Source of the DNA: Bdellovibrionota bacterium
GTDB lineage: Bacteria; Bdellovibrionota_C; UBA2361; JBGSMV01
NCBI GenBank assembly: GCA_044356455.1
Contig: JBIKWF010000008.1
Span: 15,304-79,303 of the forward strand
Length of the DNA: 64,000 nucleotides
Reading direction: 5' to 3'
Shown here: positions 61,805-64,000 of the stretch, one piece after another
Layout: every line of letters starts with the position of its first letter
Numbering within the stretch: position 1 is the stretch's first letter
Position numbers and translations under genes: made by a program
The notes under the pieces: generated by a model
What the model was told of the DNA's origin: nothing
The model's database searches: none
Seen by the model: only the letters and a program-made list of their open reading frames with translations

Positions 61805-63672
61805 GAGAATTCAGACTCAGATGAAGTCAGCTTCGAGGACAAGTCCTCTAGCGTCTCAAACAGCTCATCTATGCGCTTTTTCGCTGCGGCAGTCTCTCGT
61901 GATAGCTCGGCCATTTTAAAGACATCTGTCTTGGCTCCTTGAGAGGCGGAGGCTGCTTCTGCCATCAGTGTTTCGTTTCGCTTAATGGACTCCTCAAGGG
62001 TAACAATTTGCTTCTCAACCGAAGCAATTTCCTTCTCGAGTGGGCCAATAACTTTCGAGCGATCCTGGCGCTGCTTGGCGCGATCTTTTCTATCAAGATT
62101 TGAGCTCTTGGCGGGGGCAGGCGCCGGGGCAGCAGGCTTGCTGCTTGAAGAAGAAGACGGGGTGTCGTCCCCATCTCCCCACCCACCACGAGAGAGGAAA
62201 TAGTCGTAATTACCTTCCAGGATATTTACGCCTTCATCCGAGAAGACAATCAGGCGCGTAGCTAACTTGCGCAGCATAAACTCGTCATGCGTGACAAGCA
62301 TGACTGCGCCTTCGTACTGGGCGAGGCTGTCTACGAGAGCCGCGATGGACTCTAGGTCGAGATGGTTTGTCGGTTCGTCGAGCAGCAAAAGGTTCGAGGG
62401 CTGTGCAATCAGCTTGCCCAATAGAACCCTGCTTTTTTCTCCTCCCGAAAGGACAGATATTTTTTTCTCGCCATCATCTCCCGTGAACATCATCGTGCCG
62501 CAAATTGAGCGTACCCTCGTGCGGTGCATATTGTGGTTTGTGGAGGCTATCTCTTCCTCAACCGTTAAGTTCTTTGACAGGCGCTGAATATTCGTCTGCC
62601 CGAAATAGCCAATCTTTGTATGAGGAGAGCTACGAATTTCACCCGAGGTGAGTTTCAGTTCACTTGCGAGCAGTCTAAGAAGTGTAGATTTACCCTTTCC
62701 GTTCTTTCCAATAACACCGATTCGATCGCCAGGGCGCACGACAACCGTGAAGTCTTTGATGATTTCCGTTGGCGTGGATTTCGAAGGCGTGGGGGGGAAG
62801 GAGAATGAGCCATTCTCAAGTTCAATTAAACTTTTTCCAAAGAAGGGGATTCCTGTAAAATTGAAATCAAGCACAGGAACTTCAATGAGCTCTTCTGGCA
62901 CTTCCATCTTCTCGAGCATCTTCATGCGCGATTGAGCAAGGCTCGCGGTTCCTGCCTTGGCCTTAAACTTGTTGACGAACTGCTCAACCTCTTTGCGCTT
63001 CTTTTCTTGATTGAGACGTGTTTGCTCGTGAATGGTCTCCTCTTCAGCGAGTAAATCGTAGAGTTTCTGTGTTCGTCCCTGCACCCGGCGCGCCTTGCCG
63101 CGGTGAATAATCATGGTGTGAGTAGAAACCGCATCGAGAAAGGCGCGGTCATGGGAGATCATGATAAGTTCGCCTTCCCAGTCGCAGAGGAATCGCTCAA
63201 GCCAACGCGCAGAAACGATATCAAGGTAGTTGGTCGGCTCATCGAGCAACAAGAGGTTTGGCTCGGAGAGCAGAACGCGGGCGAGCTCAAGCCGGATCTG
63301 GAATCCTCCCGAAAAGCTCGAGGCGGGCCGCTCAAAATCCTCAATCGAAAAGCCCAAGCCGCTCAGAATAATTTCGGCTTTATACTCCTCATCCATGCGG
63401 TCCGGAGGAAGGCCAAGGCAAGCTTCACGGAGAATCGTTGGCTGGTTGAATTCTAGATGCTGGGACAAATGTCCTACGCGGTAGCCTTTAGGAAGTATTA
63501 CTTCCCCTTCGTCGGGATGGTCTTCTTCAAGGATGAGTTTAAACAGGGTTGATTTGCCAGTTCCATTACGGCCTACGAGCGCAAGACGCTCCCCGGGGGT
63601 GAGGGAGAACGAAACGCCCTTGAAGAGGGTCCTATCTCCATACGATTTTTCAACGTTTATAACTTGCAGCAC
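61801..63672 (-). CDS. ABC-F family ATPase (Uup/EttA-like translation factor)
   Basis: Two ABC ATPase domains (GRNGTGKST, GKNGKGKST, LSGG signatures). An inter-domain linker and a C-terminal coiled coil. Confidence 0.9.
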   Translation of the reverse strand: MLQVINVEKSYGDRTLFKGVSFSLTPGERLALVGRNGTGKSTLFKLILEEDHPDEGEVILPKGYRVGHLSQHLEFNQPTILREACLGLPPDRMDEEYKAEIILSGLGFSIEDFERPASSFSGGFQIRLELARVLLSEPNLLLLDEPTNYLDIVSARWLERFLCDWEGELIMISHDRAFLDAVSTHTMIIHRGKARRVQGRTQKLYDLLAEEETIHEQTRLNQEKKRKEVEQFVNKFKAKAGTASLAQSRMKMLEKMEVPEELIEVPVLDFNFTGIPFFGKSLIELENGSFSFPPTPSKSTPTEIIKDFTVVVRPGDRIGVIGKNGKGKSTLLRLLASELKLTSGEIRSSPHTKIGYFGQTNIQRLSKNLTVEEEIASTNHNMHRTRVRSICGTMMFTGDDGEKKISVLSGGEKSRVLLGKLIAQPSNLLLLDEPTNHLDLESIAALVDSLAQYEGAVMLVTHDEFMLRKLATRLIVFSDEGVNILEGNYDYFLSRGGWGDGDDTPSSSSSSKPAAPAPAPAKSSNLDRKDRAKQRQDRSKVIGPLEKEIASVEKQIVTLEESIKRNETLMAEAASASQGAKTDVFKMAELSRETAAAKKRIDELFETLEDLSSKLTSSESEFS

Positions 63673-63770
63673 AGCGTAGGGTCCCTTTCGGATGTCAGTT
63701 TTGGGGCCCTATAGTGCCAGAGTTGAGCTGTTTTGAATAGCGTTGCAGGATTATGCCCCTTTATTAGTGG

Positions 63771-63866
63771 CCTCTGTGGTTGATTTAAATTATGGAAAAC
63801 CATAGAGGACACAGAGTTCACAGAGAGAAAAGAATAAAATATCGAGGTTTTTCAGGGAGTCCCTAG
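63771..63866. repeat. MITE-like dispersed repeat, copy H (5'-truncated)
   Basis: Core cctctgtggttgatttaaattatggaaaaccatagaggacacagag and right terminus tttttcagggagtccctag. No left terminus is present. Confidence 0.55.
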
Positions 63867-64000
63867 CCTGATCATCTCAGTGCGCCGTAACCGGCGCACT
63901 CGTCTAGCGGATGCAAGTTCCGCGGTGGGAGTTGGTTTTTCGCCCACGTAACTATCTACAACGTATAACGGAGGACCGGAATATGTGAGCTGTAGAGACA

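Overview
This is a 64 kb chromosomal window from a moderately GC-rich Gram-negative bacterium, apparently free-living. The repertoire (CHASE2 cyclase, HAF and FG-GAP repeat proteins, collagen-like proteins, flagellin) suggests a delta-proteobacterium or Bdellovibrionota/Myxococcota-like organism, but this is only a guess. Coding density is high and I see no rRNA genes, CRISPR arrays, transposases or integrases.

Housekeeping or recognisable genes, in order along the window:
- a partial MsbA-like ABC exporter (1-1301)
- an AAA+ ATPase carrying DUF4143 (2571-3821)
- an SH3b-domain protein followed by an M48 metalloprotease
- a CHASE2-domain class III nucleotidyl cyclase (5927-8053)
- a GH43-like beta-propeller glycoside hydrolase (11172-12758)
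- the hipBA toxin-antitoxin module (13080-14573)
- two SPFH/band-7 proteins (16795-17511 and 58364-59485)
- an OmpA-domain protein (18465-19784)
- a czcCBA-type heavy-metal RND efflux operon (34840-40553)
- ung, rsgA and purEK
- an ABC-F ATPase (61801-63672)
- an RNA-repair locus, rtcR divergent from an SPFH-rtcB operon (56548-61596)

The accessory-looking content is:
- (i) Six consecutive minus-strand genes for secreted proteins between 19.8 and 29.8 kb. Two are collagen-like Gly-X-Y proteins, one of them built from tandem 198-bp repeats. Two are HAF-repeat proteins.
- (ii) A flagellin whose central variable region is an FG-GAP beta-propeller.
- (iii) A secreted ankyrin plus Sel1 repeat protein.
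- (iv) A three-gene minus-strand operon at 8082-10974: a degenerate PLP-decarboxylase-like protein, a winged-helix regulator, and a Pol-beta-type nucleotidyltransferase. The last two form an AbiE-like candidate toxin-antitoxin pair.
- (v) At least eight copies of a MITE-like dispersed repeat family, always intergenic, with conserved about 19-bp terminal inverted repeats CTAGGGAACCTCTGAAAAA...TTTTTCAGAGGTTCCCTAG and palindromic cores.

The most interesting locus is the rtc region. A strong sigma-54 promoter (TGGCAC-N5-ATGC) sits just downstream of the divergent rtcR. Its first transcribed element is a tRNA-Asn(GUU)-like cloverleaf with a defective acceptor stem. A structured leader, the SPFH protein gene and rtcB follow; there is no rtcA. 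This resembles the RtcR-controlled Y-RNA/tRNA-like modules of Salmonella, but without rsr.

The CzcC-like outer-membrane factor carries a single in-frame TAA stop.
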